In this document: positions 12,512-24,907 of the stretch, piece by piece
Numbering within the stretch: the stretch's first letter is position 1
How the letters are laid out: each line of letters starts with the position of its first letter
Assembly (NCBI GenBank): GCA_038496445.1
Contig: JALMLS010000256.1
Location: forward strand, 62,001-126,000
Direction of reading: 5' to 3'
DNA from: Trichosphaerium sp. ATCC 40318
Lineage: Eukaryota; Protista; Tubulinea
DNA length: 64,000 nt
The notes under the pieces: generated by a model
Told to the model about the DNA's origin: nothing
Seen by the model: only the letters and a program-made list of their open reading frames with translations
The model's database searches: none
Program-made: the position numbers and the translations under genes

Positions 12512-14081
12512 TTAAACATCCATAGCTGCTTCAATTTGTTTCAGTTCATTTTCTCTGCGAGTTGACGATGTAATAGCAAAGTAGCCCAACACTGAAGCCT
12601 AAAAACGATTGAGTTCGTGCTCTTGAGAGAAAGGAGGACTTACCAGCACACCAACCACGACAACAAACACGATCGTTGCAACAGTGGGATAAACCCAAAC
12701 AGCAATACCTTCATTTGCACTATCACAAATATCCATAATCCTTAAACTAACGATCATAGAAGTTGGTCTATAAGCAGGGGATGCTATGACTTGTTCGCAT
12801 TCGTTATTATTTACAGCTATAACAGAATCGAATTCTCCATTACGGCACTCGTATGTAAGTACACGAACAGAATCGATAGAAGATAACGAAACATTGGAAA
12901 GATCAAGAGTGAGGGAGCCTTGTAAATTAGCACAACCAGATATGAATACTTCTGCGCCTATTTATAAGGTCAGATATATTTAAGTTTGAGTGCAAGAAAA
13001 GAAAACTATTTTTAGTATTGTCACGTGATTAAAGTAGAAAAAATTAAAATTAGAAAAATATCAGATTTTGTTACCTATTGAAACTGTGATGTTTTGAGTA
13101 AAGTTTATGGTGCCGTTAACTTCCAGAGATGAACGTAAAACTATTGTAGGCTCAAGGGTTACGTCTGTCGTTACTGACCACGTAGAGTTTAAACAAATCG
13201 CTTCAGGCGACGGAGGCGGACAGATACAATCAAAGTCGCATATACTTCTCGTCGGAGCTTCTGTTGTAGGTTGTAAAGTAGGCTCTGCGGAAGGTTCAAA
13301 CGTAGGAAAAATAAGTTGCCCTAAACCAAGTTGTTATGTAACAGCTAAGAGTGGATGAAGGCGTACCAGGGTTTGGAGCACATAGTGTCATGTTATCGCC
13401 AACCGTCTCCCAATCTATCCTTGAGTTTGTATCAATATCACTAACACGGCCAAGATGATTTCCTCTAGGCGCATGTGTCCCTGTCCAATTACCAGATATG
13501 GCTATTGTCGAAAAAAAAAGTTACACAAACACCGTTTGTTTTTTGCTGTTTTTCGTACGTGTATCGCCAAACCCTACATAATCTATCTCTTCCATCGTAT
13601 CAGAAAGCAAGGCTACCCAAAAACTTCTGGTCCCCCAATCAAGGTCAGAGACTCCAATAGTTACCAAAGATGGAGGGCATTCACTTGGCGCTGTTAATGT
13701 ATTGATGAGCAAGAAGTTTTTTTGGTTGATTTTCGAGCTTACCTATAGCTGCATCAGAAAACACGTGAACATCACCAGGCAAAAGCAATATGTTTGGTAT
13801 AATAATATCAGGTGTTTTTTTAGTTGGATCATCAGGTACAGCAGAACGTATTATCCATCCAGTTATGTTTACTGTTTCAACGGGCGAAAGGTTACGTAAT
13901 TCAACAGAGTCTGGTTCCGATGAATGTACTTCATTTATAACAACCTATTTTCAGATTTAATTATTGTTTAATTTGTTGGCCCTGGTTGAAGTTTGGCCTA
14001 TTAATTTTTATACTATCGTACTTGCGTAGAAGAGTAGATTGCATACAGCAATACGAAATATATCACGTGTGTTGTCGGCAT
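12512..14081 (-). CDS. Uncharacterised single-pass surface protein (signal peptide, P/T linker, Cys-rich juxtamembrane domain, TM helix)
   Basis: MPTTHVIYFVLLYAIYSS; DCICPPPSPEAICLNSTWSV..LRSSLEVNG; TM VWVYPTVATIVFVVVVGVL; C-terminal domain similar to gene at 57066-59589. Confidence 0.6.
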
Positions 14082-14204
14082 TGTAAACAACAGCAAAAAC
14101 GTTTTTTTTGAAACAAACTGATAAATTTATGAAGTTAAGCAGACTTTTCTCGCGATATACACACGCAGGAGTGTGTACAGGAGTTTATTCTTTAAGTTGT
14201 TGTA

Positions 14205-16696
14205 TTATTTAGCCATAACCAAGTCATTGTGCATCACTACAGTTGACGGTTTTTATTTTTTTTTACATTAGTTGTACAGGGTGGCATACACCTTCACTTT
14301 TATGCGATTCGTGTATGTATTCAGCTTTTTCTGTTTTAGAAGCGTGCATCATTGACTGTTTTGCATCAAGTGCTTCTTGTGTAGAATGCTCATCTAAACG
14401 ATGATTAAGAGATGTTGTTATCTCGTTAACAAGATACTTACCTTCTTGTTCTCGTTCCAACGATAGAGTTTTAGTACCAGGAGGAACATCGAAATGTATA
14501 TCAGGCCTGTATTACAAAAAATAAAAGTAAGACGACATTTCAAAAGAAAGGTCTAACTGTCAAGAAAAGAGAAACTTTTCACGTGATTAAGAACAGCGCG
14601 CATAAAAGGAAGTTAAAATAGTACCTGTAAGACATTACAGTAGCCGCTACACTATCTTTATCTCCTGGTTTCCACCAAAAAGGTATCGGTATTATAGTGA
14701 TGCCTAAAGAAAGCGAATAAGGCCATGCTTAGAAAAGTAATTTATAAAGAAAGTTCATTTCAGTTTTTTTTGGTTGTACCTTGTTCCAGACAAACAGCGC
14801 TTTTATTGAAGTCTGTACTCTGTTGTGACAGCGCTGGCTTCGAAAACCCTGGTAAGTCTACATAATGCTGCTCCCCATTGTATTCAAATCCAATATTAAC
14901 GCCAGCAACGAAAATATCAATGCTGAGCATATGCTGCGCTGCAGTGAAGCCAGGGCTATACTCTTCGAAAATATCATTGTCAGGAAACAACTCCTCTATC
15001 ACTTTAACCAATAACCTGTAATACCATGGCGTTAAAATTATTAACAATCACGTGGGTGTTGCGAAACTGTTAATACTTTTTTTGAAAAATTTTTTTTTAC
15101 CTTTGATCAGATTTGGTAGTACCGAGCTTGAACTTTCCAAAGTCCCATTCAAATTCAGGATAAACTCTCAAAAATATCTTTGGATAGTATAGTAATAATC
15201 CTGAACCACCTTGCTCTTGTATTTTACTTTGTGAGATACGATACCAATCTGATATTTCTAAAATATGAAATTCTCTTTCAAGCTTGATAACGAATGTATC
15301 AACATTTGACTGTGTAGTCCAGAACTTATGCGATTTCGTTACTAAAGTTGTTAAGAATTATACTAAAAAATAATTAGTAGTACTGAACCGCCATTTATCC
15401 CAAGGATAATCCGGATATACAGCACGTAACGCCGGCTGCAATGATCCATATTTCCTAGTTTTTTCTTAAACATTTGAAAGAAACATTGATGCTTCGTACC
15501 ATATTAACGTATTTCTGATACCATGTTTGTTGGTTAGCGTGTTCCAACTAACATCATACCAATCTTCAAGGCACATGACACGGACTTTAGATGCTGTAAC
15601 TGATAAAAATCGTGAAATATTTTCCATTGAATCCCAAAATCCATTTCTTGAAGATCCTAAAAAATGTCACTCTTGAAGATACAAGTACTTGGTACTAATA
15701 AACAAGTTCTTACGAAAATACCATGCTTCTATATCACGTCCAGGATATAAATTCTTCAAGGTCGTGACAAATGAGCTGTCATATCTCGAACTTTAAAAAA
15801 GCCAAGTAAGTACTTGAAGATCTTTTTTTTTTTCAAAGGGTTTTCACACTTACGAAATAAGACTTTGTGCACCTATCGAAGCAAATTTCTCATAGCTTAT
15901 TTTAAACCAATCTGAGAATATTTTTATATCTAAAATCTTTTCTGCCTACAAGGAAAGAAGAGTCAACTTTAGAACTTCATATTTTTTTGTTGGTTTACAT
16001 CTTGAATAAAATTTTGTCTGTGTTCTTTCTTATCCCAATAACCATTTGAAACCCAACCCACTACACATAAAATTACTTATCAAACTTAACAGCATAGGTA
16101 GGTTTTTCTAGAGGCAAAAAACGACGAAACCAAATCATCTAAAACGACTACTCAAGACAACAATTAAGAAAATAGTGGCCTAAAGCACTTTTGAACGATG
16201 ACGGCAATCACGTCAAAGGGAGTTCTCAACCTTACTATTAAGTTGCAGCAACTCACTTGTCAGAACCTCATGTGTAGAAGTTTAACGTACTGAATTTCCA
16301 CGGCATCCAATTATGGTCAGGGTACACGTGTTTTAAGAATGTATGTTGGTTTCCAAACAACCTTGAGCATATTACGTCAATATAAGCTCAATCCAGGTAG
16401 ATAATAGGTTGTACCTTTTAAGCCAAGTAGCAGTGAGTGAAGGAGCTTTATGACATTCACCCCATGTGACATTATACCAATCGTCTAAATTAACAATCTT
16501 ATGTCTTCTTTCAACCTTATTGGCGTGTCAGAATGGTTTTTATTTTCTAATGAGTATTTACCTCTACTACACCTCGCAAAAGCCTAGACCACTGCCAATA
16601 ATCCAAATGAGAGCGATGAGTACGTGAATGGTATACTTTAAACGTTGCCTCTGTCTTTACTTGTACAGTAGTTATTTTCAGCCAACTTTTGCGCAT
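14205..16696 (-). CDS. Repeat protein (~4 x ~70-aa FW..DWY..YP..W repeats) with C-terminal PD-(D/E)XK/RAP-like nuclease-fold domain
   Basis: Repeats e.g. GFWDSMENISRF..EDWYDVS..KYGSLQPALRAVYPDYPWDKWRF; C-term LSIDIFVAGVNIGFEYNGEQHY..DFNKSAVCLEQGITIIPIPFWW; start uncertain. Confidence 0.7.
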
Positions 16697-16879
16697 TAGA
16701 AGCTACTTTCAAGCTTATGCAGCAATGAACAGTTTATCATTCGTCGTGTACGTTTTAGATGGCTGAAAACATATCTGCGTAGTACATTAACGCTGCTATG
16801 GCGTTTAGTATGCTTTGTAATGACTTAGTTCAAACCTCCTTAACGATTCAGTAAATTAAACGAATACGTGCTCGCTCGA

Positions 16880-19800
16880 ATGGAGCTGCCTCAGAACGCC
16901 CACAAGCGTCTAGGTGCTATTCTATCTCACTTAGAGTTTGTGGATGACACAGTACGCGTTTATCGCTACCATACGAAAAATGGCGATGAATACGTTGGTA
17001 CGATGTCTTGTAATACGCTCCGTGTTGGGATTTTTAAATTTACCCGCAATTGTCTTATCAACGCTCTAACTTTATGTTACGCAGCCGTATCCATCGGAGA
17101 TGTACGCCACGTTGTTAAACAACCTGAGAATCCAAACATGGTCCCAAAAGGCGTAGCACCGCCTGTATCCGGTCTATACACAGAACTACCTGAAGTTCTA
17201 TCTCACATGCGTTGGATGCTCCAAAAATCAAAGCTGAAACAAGATATGTTTCTTATTGGGTAAAGTTGAAATGACATTTCATTCTGACACTTGTCAGTTG
17301 ACATCTGAAAAAACTTTATTATTGTTTTGTTTTGTACCCATCTGATTTTAACCCTTGTAGACCACCTGGACCTCTTCGTAGATGGCTTGCTATGCGTTTT
17401 TGTGAAATTGCTCAACGAGAGTGCGAATATGTTTCTTTGTCTCGTGATACCACTGAAGCAGATATTAAGCAAAGAAGGTAAATTCGTATTATTAGTTCTT
17501 GTTTTTTTTTAACGTTTTTTACTCTTTAGGGAGATAAGAAATAAATCTGTTGTGTATGTTAACCAAAGCCCTGTTACTGCTGCTATACATGGTAGAGTTC
17601 TCATTCTAGATGGTACGCGATTGAAAGAGTATTTCAAAGTATCGAGACTTACGATTTTGCTTCGAAAAAAAATAGGCATTGACAAATGTGAACGAAATGT
17701 TCTTCCTGTTTTAAACAACTTGCTTGAAAATAGAGAAATGGCTCTGGAGGATGGTAGATTCATAGTAGCAGCAAAGAGATACGATTTACTATTGGAACAA
17801 TACTCTAAAGAGCGCTTGGATGAACTTAAACTAATTCGTTGCCATGAAGACTTTTTAGTTATTGCACTTGGTTTACCAGTAAGTTTTACTCACTATACTT
17901 TGTTGTTTGGTTTAGTTGGTAAGACCAATTTCGTGATAGGTCCCTAAATTTCAAGGAAATTCTCTTGATCCACCACTTCGGTCACGTTTTCAAGCAAGAG
18001 ATGTTCCTCCTTACAAACCTGAAACTCAGTTGTCTATACTCAGTGGCTTATCTACTGAAGTTCCAAGTGAAGTAGTACAAAGGCTTGTTAGTTTTGTTAC
18101 AGCAATTAGAAAGACTCAATACTCAGGTACAACCAAAACAAAGCTCCATGTGATAGAACAAAACTGATTCATTCGTTTTGCAGATCAAGCAAGTTTACTA
18201 CCAAAGTTGCTTCATTTCCCATCGACTGCGCTTGCTGATGTAATGACACTATTGAATGCTTTCCCGAATACTATAATAGAACGTTGTATAGCAACATGTT
18301 ATCCTTACGAGCTTACTGCAGAGAAACCAGAGTTAGAGGCAATGAAATCATAATAATTGAACTATTTCGTAATACTTTTTTAGGCTGTAATGGCTGCACT
18401 CACAAGCCTCAAGCTAAGTACAAAGACAGACCTGAAAAAGAAGTATACATTATGTGAATCATACAACTTTATTTCATTGAAGCGCACAGAAGAACCTTCA
18501 AATTGCTCAATGATATTCAACACAAAAGGAGGTCAAACTGTGCGTACAATTTTGTGAGATATTCGACCTGTTGATTGTTCTGTTACAGGATGTGTGTATA
18601 AGATCCCACTGTGGAAGTACAGTATGTGTTCTATATTGTTAAGTCCTTCATTTATAAGAATTGTAGGACGGGAGAGCGTTACAAACAAATAAGCATGACT
18701 TTATTCCTACTGATTATTTTGGTAAATTCTTGACTGGATTACTTCAAGATCATGCTCTTGGTTTCGACTTTTGTATTGTTGGAAAGAAAGGTTGCGGTAA
18801 AAGTACTGTTGTAAGAGAATTAGCCAATATTCTTGGTTACACAGTAAGAACTATACAACTGTACAGAGACATGGTATGTTGGCGGTCAACTGTCCACTCT
18901 TGCGCCTTCTAATTTTACTTAGACAGCAAGAGACATTCTTCAGAGACGTACAACTAAAGACAATGGTGATACAGTTTGGACGCACTCTACACTTGTCACA
19001 GCAGCACTTCAAGGAGATATTGCTGTACTTGATGGCATACATCGATTAGCTCCAGGTGTTCTTAGCATAGTACAGCGATTGATACACGATAGAGAGGTGA
19101 TCTTGCATTTATGCTAATCAACTTAACGTTTATTCTAGGTCACTTTATATGATGGAACGCACCTTGTGCGTATTGATAGATACGAAGTAAGCACTATTTC
19201 ATTTAATTTTCACTGACTTGTTTGTTAAGGACATGCTGAAAGGTTATACTGATGAAGGCTTGACAAACGAGCAAGCTATTCGAAAATTAGAAACAGAAAT
19301 GATATTACCTATTCATCCTGCTTTCAGGTATGATTACCTTAGTTCTTGTAATTGTTATTGACTTTCTATTATTCAGAATTATCGCATTGGCACTTCCTCC
19401 TGGTCGAACAGGTCGTACTGCTTGGTTAACAAACGAAATTGCTGCAATGTTTCATTTTCACGTGTTGCAAGGACCAAGTAACATTGAAGATCAGTTTGCT
19501 CTTCTTGAAAGACTTTTCCCTTCACTATCACAACGTAATGTTGTAGAAACATTACGAAAATTCGTTGTTAAATTAGAAGGAGCTAAAGTTCGTCAAAACA
19601 GTGGTGTTGAAGAAGGTGGATTGAACGATAAAAGCAAGTACCTTGTTCCAAGAAAAAAACAAGAATATTAATTAGGACTTTGTAGGTGGACTTCCAAGTA
19701 TCTCCTTGAGACAACTTATCCGTATTTGCCATATCACTTCTAAGTACCCTGGAGACTTACGTCACATTGTTGATAACACCATACTGTATAAATTTATGCC

Positions 19801-22800
19801 AGTATCAGTAAGAGAAGTAATCGGTCAGGTAAAATATGACAACCTCTACTTTGGTCCTTCATGCTTATTCGTACCTAGATTTATAAAGAACTAAATATGA
19901 CTATATCAGAGCAACAAAACAAAGAGTCAATGGTGATAACTCTTACCCCAGATAATCTTGAGATTGGTGGCTTGAGCATTAAAAGAAAAACACCTGAAAA
20001 TCCTTCTTTGGTTCCTAATATTTTATTCTATGCTGTACCTAAGCATGTTATCCTTCTCCGTGAAATGATGAAGGATTATATTCTTGGAGAAAATATGCTA
20101 TTAATAGGAAACCAAGTACGTACAACTTCTGAAATAATGTCAAGTCAGCAGTTGACTGATGTCTTCTTTTTTTAGGGAGTTGGTAAAAATGTGTTAGCTG
20201 ACAGATTGTTACAATTGCTGAGAGTTGAACGTGAATACATACAGCTTCACAGGGATACAACTGTCCAAACATTGACACTAAGTCCTTCTATTAATGCTGG
20301 CGTAATTGTATGGGAAGATTCTCCTCTAGTACGAGCTGTAACTCATGGTCGTGTTCTGGTTGTTGACGAAGCTGATAAAGTAAGGCAGCTCGGTTCTTTG
20401 AACTTCAATGTATTAACTGTATTCTTTAGGCTCCAACAGAAGTAGTTTGTATTCTTAAGGGACTTGTAGAAGACGGAGAAATGCAGCTGGTAATTACAGC
20501 TAACAAGCACAGTTTTTTCTCATTGTGCTTTTTTTAGGCTGATGGTAGACGCATTATGCGTGTTGGAAGACATATTGACTTCTCTTCTCTTCCTTCGGAT
20601 GTAATTCCACTACACCCAGATTTCCTGATGATTGTACTTGCTAATAGGCCTGGATACCCTTTCCTTGGAAACAACTTCTTTAGAGAAACTGGAGATTGTT
20701 TCAGTTGCCACGTGATTGATAATCCAGATCGTGAATCTGAGATATCAATGCTAAAAGTAACTTTTTACGCTTCTTGAGTGTTTTGACTTGTTGTTAATGG
20801 GTATTGAATAGGCGTATGCTCCAAGTGTTGATGAGGATATTCTCGATAGATTAGTGGATCTATTTTCTGATTTAAGAAAAATGGTTGACGAAGGCGTTCT
20901 GTCGTATCCTTATTCCTTGAGGTCAGATTTTTTTTATGGAAGTCAGTTTTTTTGCTTATATTGTGCCTGTTTAGAGAACTAGTTAATATTGTAAGACATT
21001 TAGAAAAGTTCCCTGGAGATAGTCTTGTTACTACTATAGAGAACGTTTTCCACTTTGATGCTTATGATATGCAACTTCGTGAGCACCTTGGTCGTGTTTT
21101 TAATAAACATGGCATTCCTCTTGGTAAGAACAATTTAAGGCTCGTTCTTTGTTTTAACACCTTTAACCAGGGTCTTCTTTCCACTTTGCTGTTGATCTTG
21201 GATCTGAGCATGCTTTGCCAAGACCACTTCAAACAGCTGAATGGGAAATTGACGAGGTTAATACGTCTAACCTGACTTCTTCGATTGCTTCAGAAAAAAT
21301 AAAAGCAAAAGGTCGTTGGCCTTTTGACGAGGTATGTAAAACATAACTTTGTTAGTGTATCCTAAACTAAACCCAAATATGATCTATTATTAATAGAATA
21401 TTCTTATTCATTTTATTGCTTAGGGTGTCTCGTACAAAGCTGGTAAAAGATTTATTGGTAGAATACAAAAATTCACTGAAAAGAAACTTGAGCTTTATGT
21501 TGAAACTGAAAGCCCTGTCCAACAGGTGGCTTCACTTCCTGATGGAAGTTTAGTAGTTCTTACAATAGCTCCATTGATGGTACTTTATAATCAAGATAGT
21601 AACCACAATCCTTGTTTTTTTTTCTTTAGTTAATTGCATGCTTACAAAGGATTCGTAGCTTTATCGTTATGAACCTGGATTCCATAAGTACAAACGTATA
21701 AACATATCAGATTATCTTAATGTCCATTTATCGCCTACTTCACATCTTCCTTCTCCAGAGCTAGTTGTACGTTGATAACTAATAATCTTCTTTTTTTGAC
21801 ATAAACTTTGGTACTCAATTTCTTATTATAGACTGTTGGTGGCAATAGCGTTGTTCTATTTATCACTGCTTATAATATGGTTATTCACGTCGACTTTGAT
21901 AAAGGTTTATGCCTCCCTTATGAATTACCCGACTTGCTGGGATTAGGAGGTACATCAACTCTGGCTACAAATTGCGAACTACTTCAAACAAATTTACTTG
22001 TACTCAACAGCAATGACTTAACGCACTTAGGGCCTATGTTTGCTGTGTATGGTAAACGAGCATTTATCAGTAGAGCTAAAGCTAGAACAATAAATTCAAG
22101 TAGAATGCCAAGCAGATTAGTACGTTGTTTAAACTTTAAAAGTAGTATACTTACTAACTGATCAAATTTCAGGTTAAGATGCAAGCTTCTCTTGGACATT
22201 ATAATATCCTCATTTTCTTCAAAGTATATTCTAATCAACTATGTATTCTTGATTTCAATTCTGGAACAATGCATGTTATTACACTTGAGAATAATGATGT
22301 CGAGATTGAGAATATTTTCCCTGTTTCTGATAGTGTCTGGATACTCTTTGATAGAAGGTTTGAACGTCAGCTTTTATTCAAATGGTGCGCACTATATTAT
22401 TATTGATAATTAGACATGAGTTTTGAGTTAATCCTTTACAGGGACAGGAATACAGCATCTCATTCTGTTGCCTTAATCAAAGCCAATGACTTAAGGACTC
22501 ACCCTCAAACTGCGATTCCTATAACACATCCACCTGCTTTTATCACTCCAAGCGTATCCCCAACAATGCTTACATGCTCTAACACGTATGTTCAATCTAC
22601 ATTACCAGCATTGGATGCGTTATCATCTCAGCAACCAATACGAGTTCAATCGCATATTCGCGTTGATCAAGAATCTCACAAAGTTGTGAAATCTCTGTAC
22701 CTCCGAGAATCAAATCAACTCTTAAATGTTGCTATTGTTCCTATAAATCCTGGTCTAACAGGTGAACATGAGAATGAAACGGCTCATTATGTTCTAGAGG

Positions 22801-24771
22801 TAATTAACCAAAGAGGAAAAAGTTGGAAAATCGTCATAAATTTTTTTCTAGGTGATAAATCTGAAGAGGAATTCAAGACGTTGTATCAAAGTTACTAAAC
22901 AAGCAGACCCTAGAGTAGATGCACAGTAAGTTATCTTTGAGATCAATAGTATTAAACATATTCTGATTTATATTTAGAACTTCAGGAGAGTTTGAGTCTT
23001 TATCAATGCTTAAATCTTTTTGTGAACTGCCAAATGGAGATTTAGTTACGCTTCAAGAAAACGGTGAGAAAACAGTCGTACCTCTGTCGGCACACGTTGT
23101 TAATAGTTTAATATAGGTCGTATAAGCATATGGCAAGTTGACCTAGAACAACTTGAAAAGCAACTTCAGAAATGGCGTGGTATCATTGGGAAGACTGAGA
23201 AATTGAAACCACTCAGGTTGACTTTTGAATGGAATAAAAAGAAGAACGCAACTGGTCCTAAGTTTGGCAAGGTTGATCCTAAAGATGGAGAACATAAAGG
23301 AGGTAATCAATGGGCTGGTGGTTCCGGTGGTGCCGATACAGCAGGTCTTGGTGGTAAAGGAGGACCATTCAGACTTACAAGTGGTAAACACCATATTTAT
23401 CAAATAACAAAGAAAGAAAAAGAAAATATTTCTAAGGAAGCCAAAGAAGCTGCACGTGCTATGGCGCGGGTACGTTCAAGTATGAGATTTATAGTTTTGA
23501 TTTTAACTTGTTCTAGAATGCTTTAAATGAGCGCCTTGCGGCTATAGAGATGAGTAATTACGAAGCTGCAAAGTATGAATCTATTATTGCTGAAGTTATG
23601 GTTGAAGTAAAGATTATGCGTGCTGTTCTTGAAGCAGCTCAAGCAAAGAATAAGGAACGTGTTTGGTTAAAACAAAAGACATCAGGAGATTTGGATGATG
23701 GAAGACTTGTTGATGGTATCACTGGAGACAGAGATATCTACAAAATGCGTGGAAAACGTGATCCACTCCAAGGTGCGCAAAAAAAACCCACCTTGTTGGT
23801 TTCAATTGCTTACTTCTTTTGTTGCTTGTAGGTGGATTTCAGGAGAAGCCTAAGCGTTTGAGATTCGTTGTAGATGTTAGTGGGTCTATGTACAGGTTCA
23901 ATAGCCAAGATAGACGCCTGGACAGGCTATTACAAGTAATTGTAATGATTATGGAAGCTCTTCGAGGATTTGAACATAAATTCTCTTACTCTATTGTTGG
24001 ACACTCAGGAGATGGTCCAGAGGTACGCTACATATGTAGTAGATTGCTGTAACACTGACACACTGGTTTGTTAGATTCCGTTTGTACACTATGACCTTCC
24101 ACCGAAAAACAGAAAAGAAAGACTTAAAGTTCTTGAAAAAATGATTGCTCATTCTCAATATTGTCCTACTGGAGACTATACACTTGTAGCTACAGAACTG
24201 GCGGTACGAAAAAATTATCAATAACTTTAGTGGCACCCCGTATACATCAAACATGATACAATGTCCTAAGTTTTGTTTTCAAAACACAAAAGCTAAATGT
24301 GAGTGTGGTTAGGTCAAGAATGTTGGATCTGTCCCTGCTGATGATTATTTCACGTTTGTGTTTAGCGATGCAAACTTACAAAGATATGATATTACTCCAC
24401 AACAGTTAGCAAAGGTAAGTGTTTAGCATCAATTCTGTAAAAAAAAAAAACCGAAAAGATGCTTTGTCCAAGGACTTGAAGCAAGGTTAAGGTTACTTAT
24501 TGTTTTACCTACTAGGCTTTAACTTGTGATACCAAAGTAAATGCTCATATTATTTTCATTGCTTCAATTGTTGATGAAGCAGAACAAATTCGTGCTCAAC
24601 TCCCACTTGGAAAGGTACAAAAAAAAAGTTTCACTTTGTTGTTATTTTGGTATTTTTCGTTTACAATCAACTAACACTTTGGTTCAGGCACACGTGTGTT
24701 TAGATACATCCACACTACCACATACATTTAAACAAATATTCACCTCAGACGCATTAAACAGTAATCTTTAA
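16880..24771 (+). CDS. VWA8: von Willebrand factor A domain-containing protein 8 (three MoxR-type AAA+ modules plus C-terminal VWA), many exons
   Basis: QDMFLIG, LSRDTTEADIKQR, KCERNVLPVLNNLLENREMALEDGRF, GKKGCGKS, GNQGVGKN, GGNQWAGGSGGADTAGLGGKGGPFRL, GDLDDGRLVDG, VVDVSGSMYRFN. Confidence 0.93.
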
Positions 24772-24907
24772 TCAAAATATTGGTTGTTAGCCAACAATAA
24801 ATAAAAATCTTGTGTTTGTCTAAATTACGATGCCAATATCTAAATAATACAGTTCTGATTAGAGGTGAGGGTCTAAGTTCTGACTACAGGTGTTTTGATA
24901 CTTTCAA

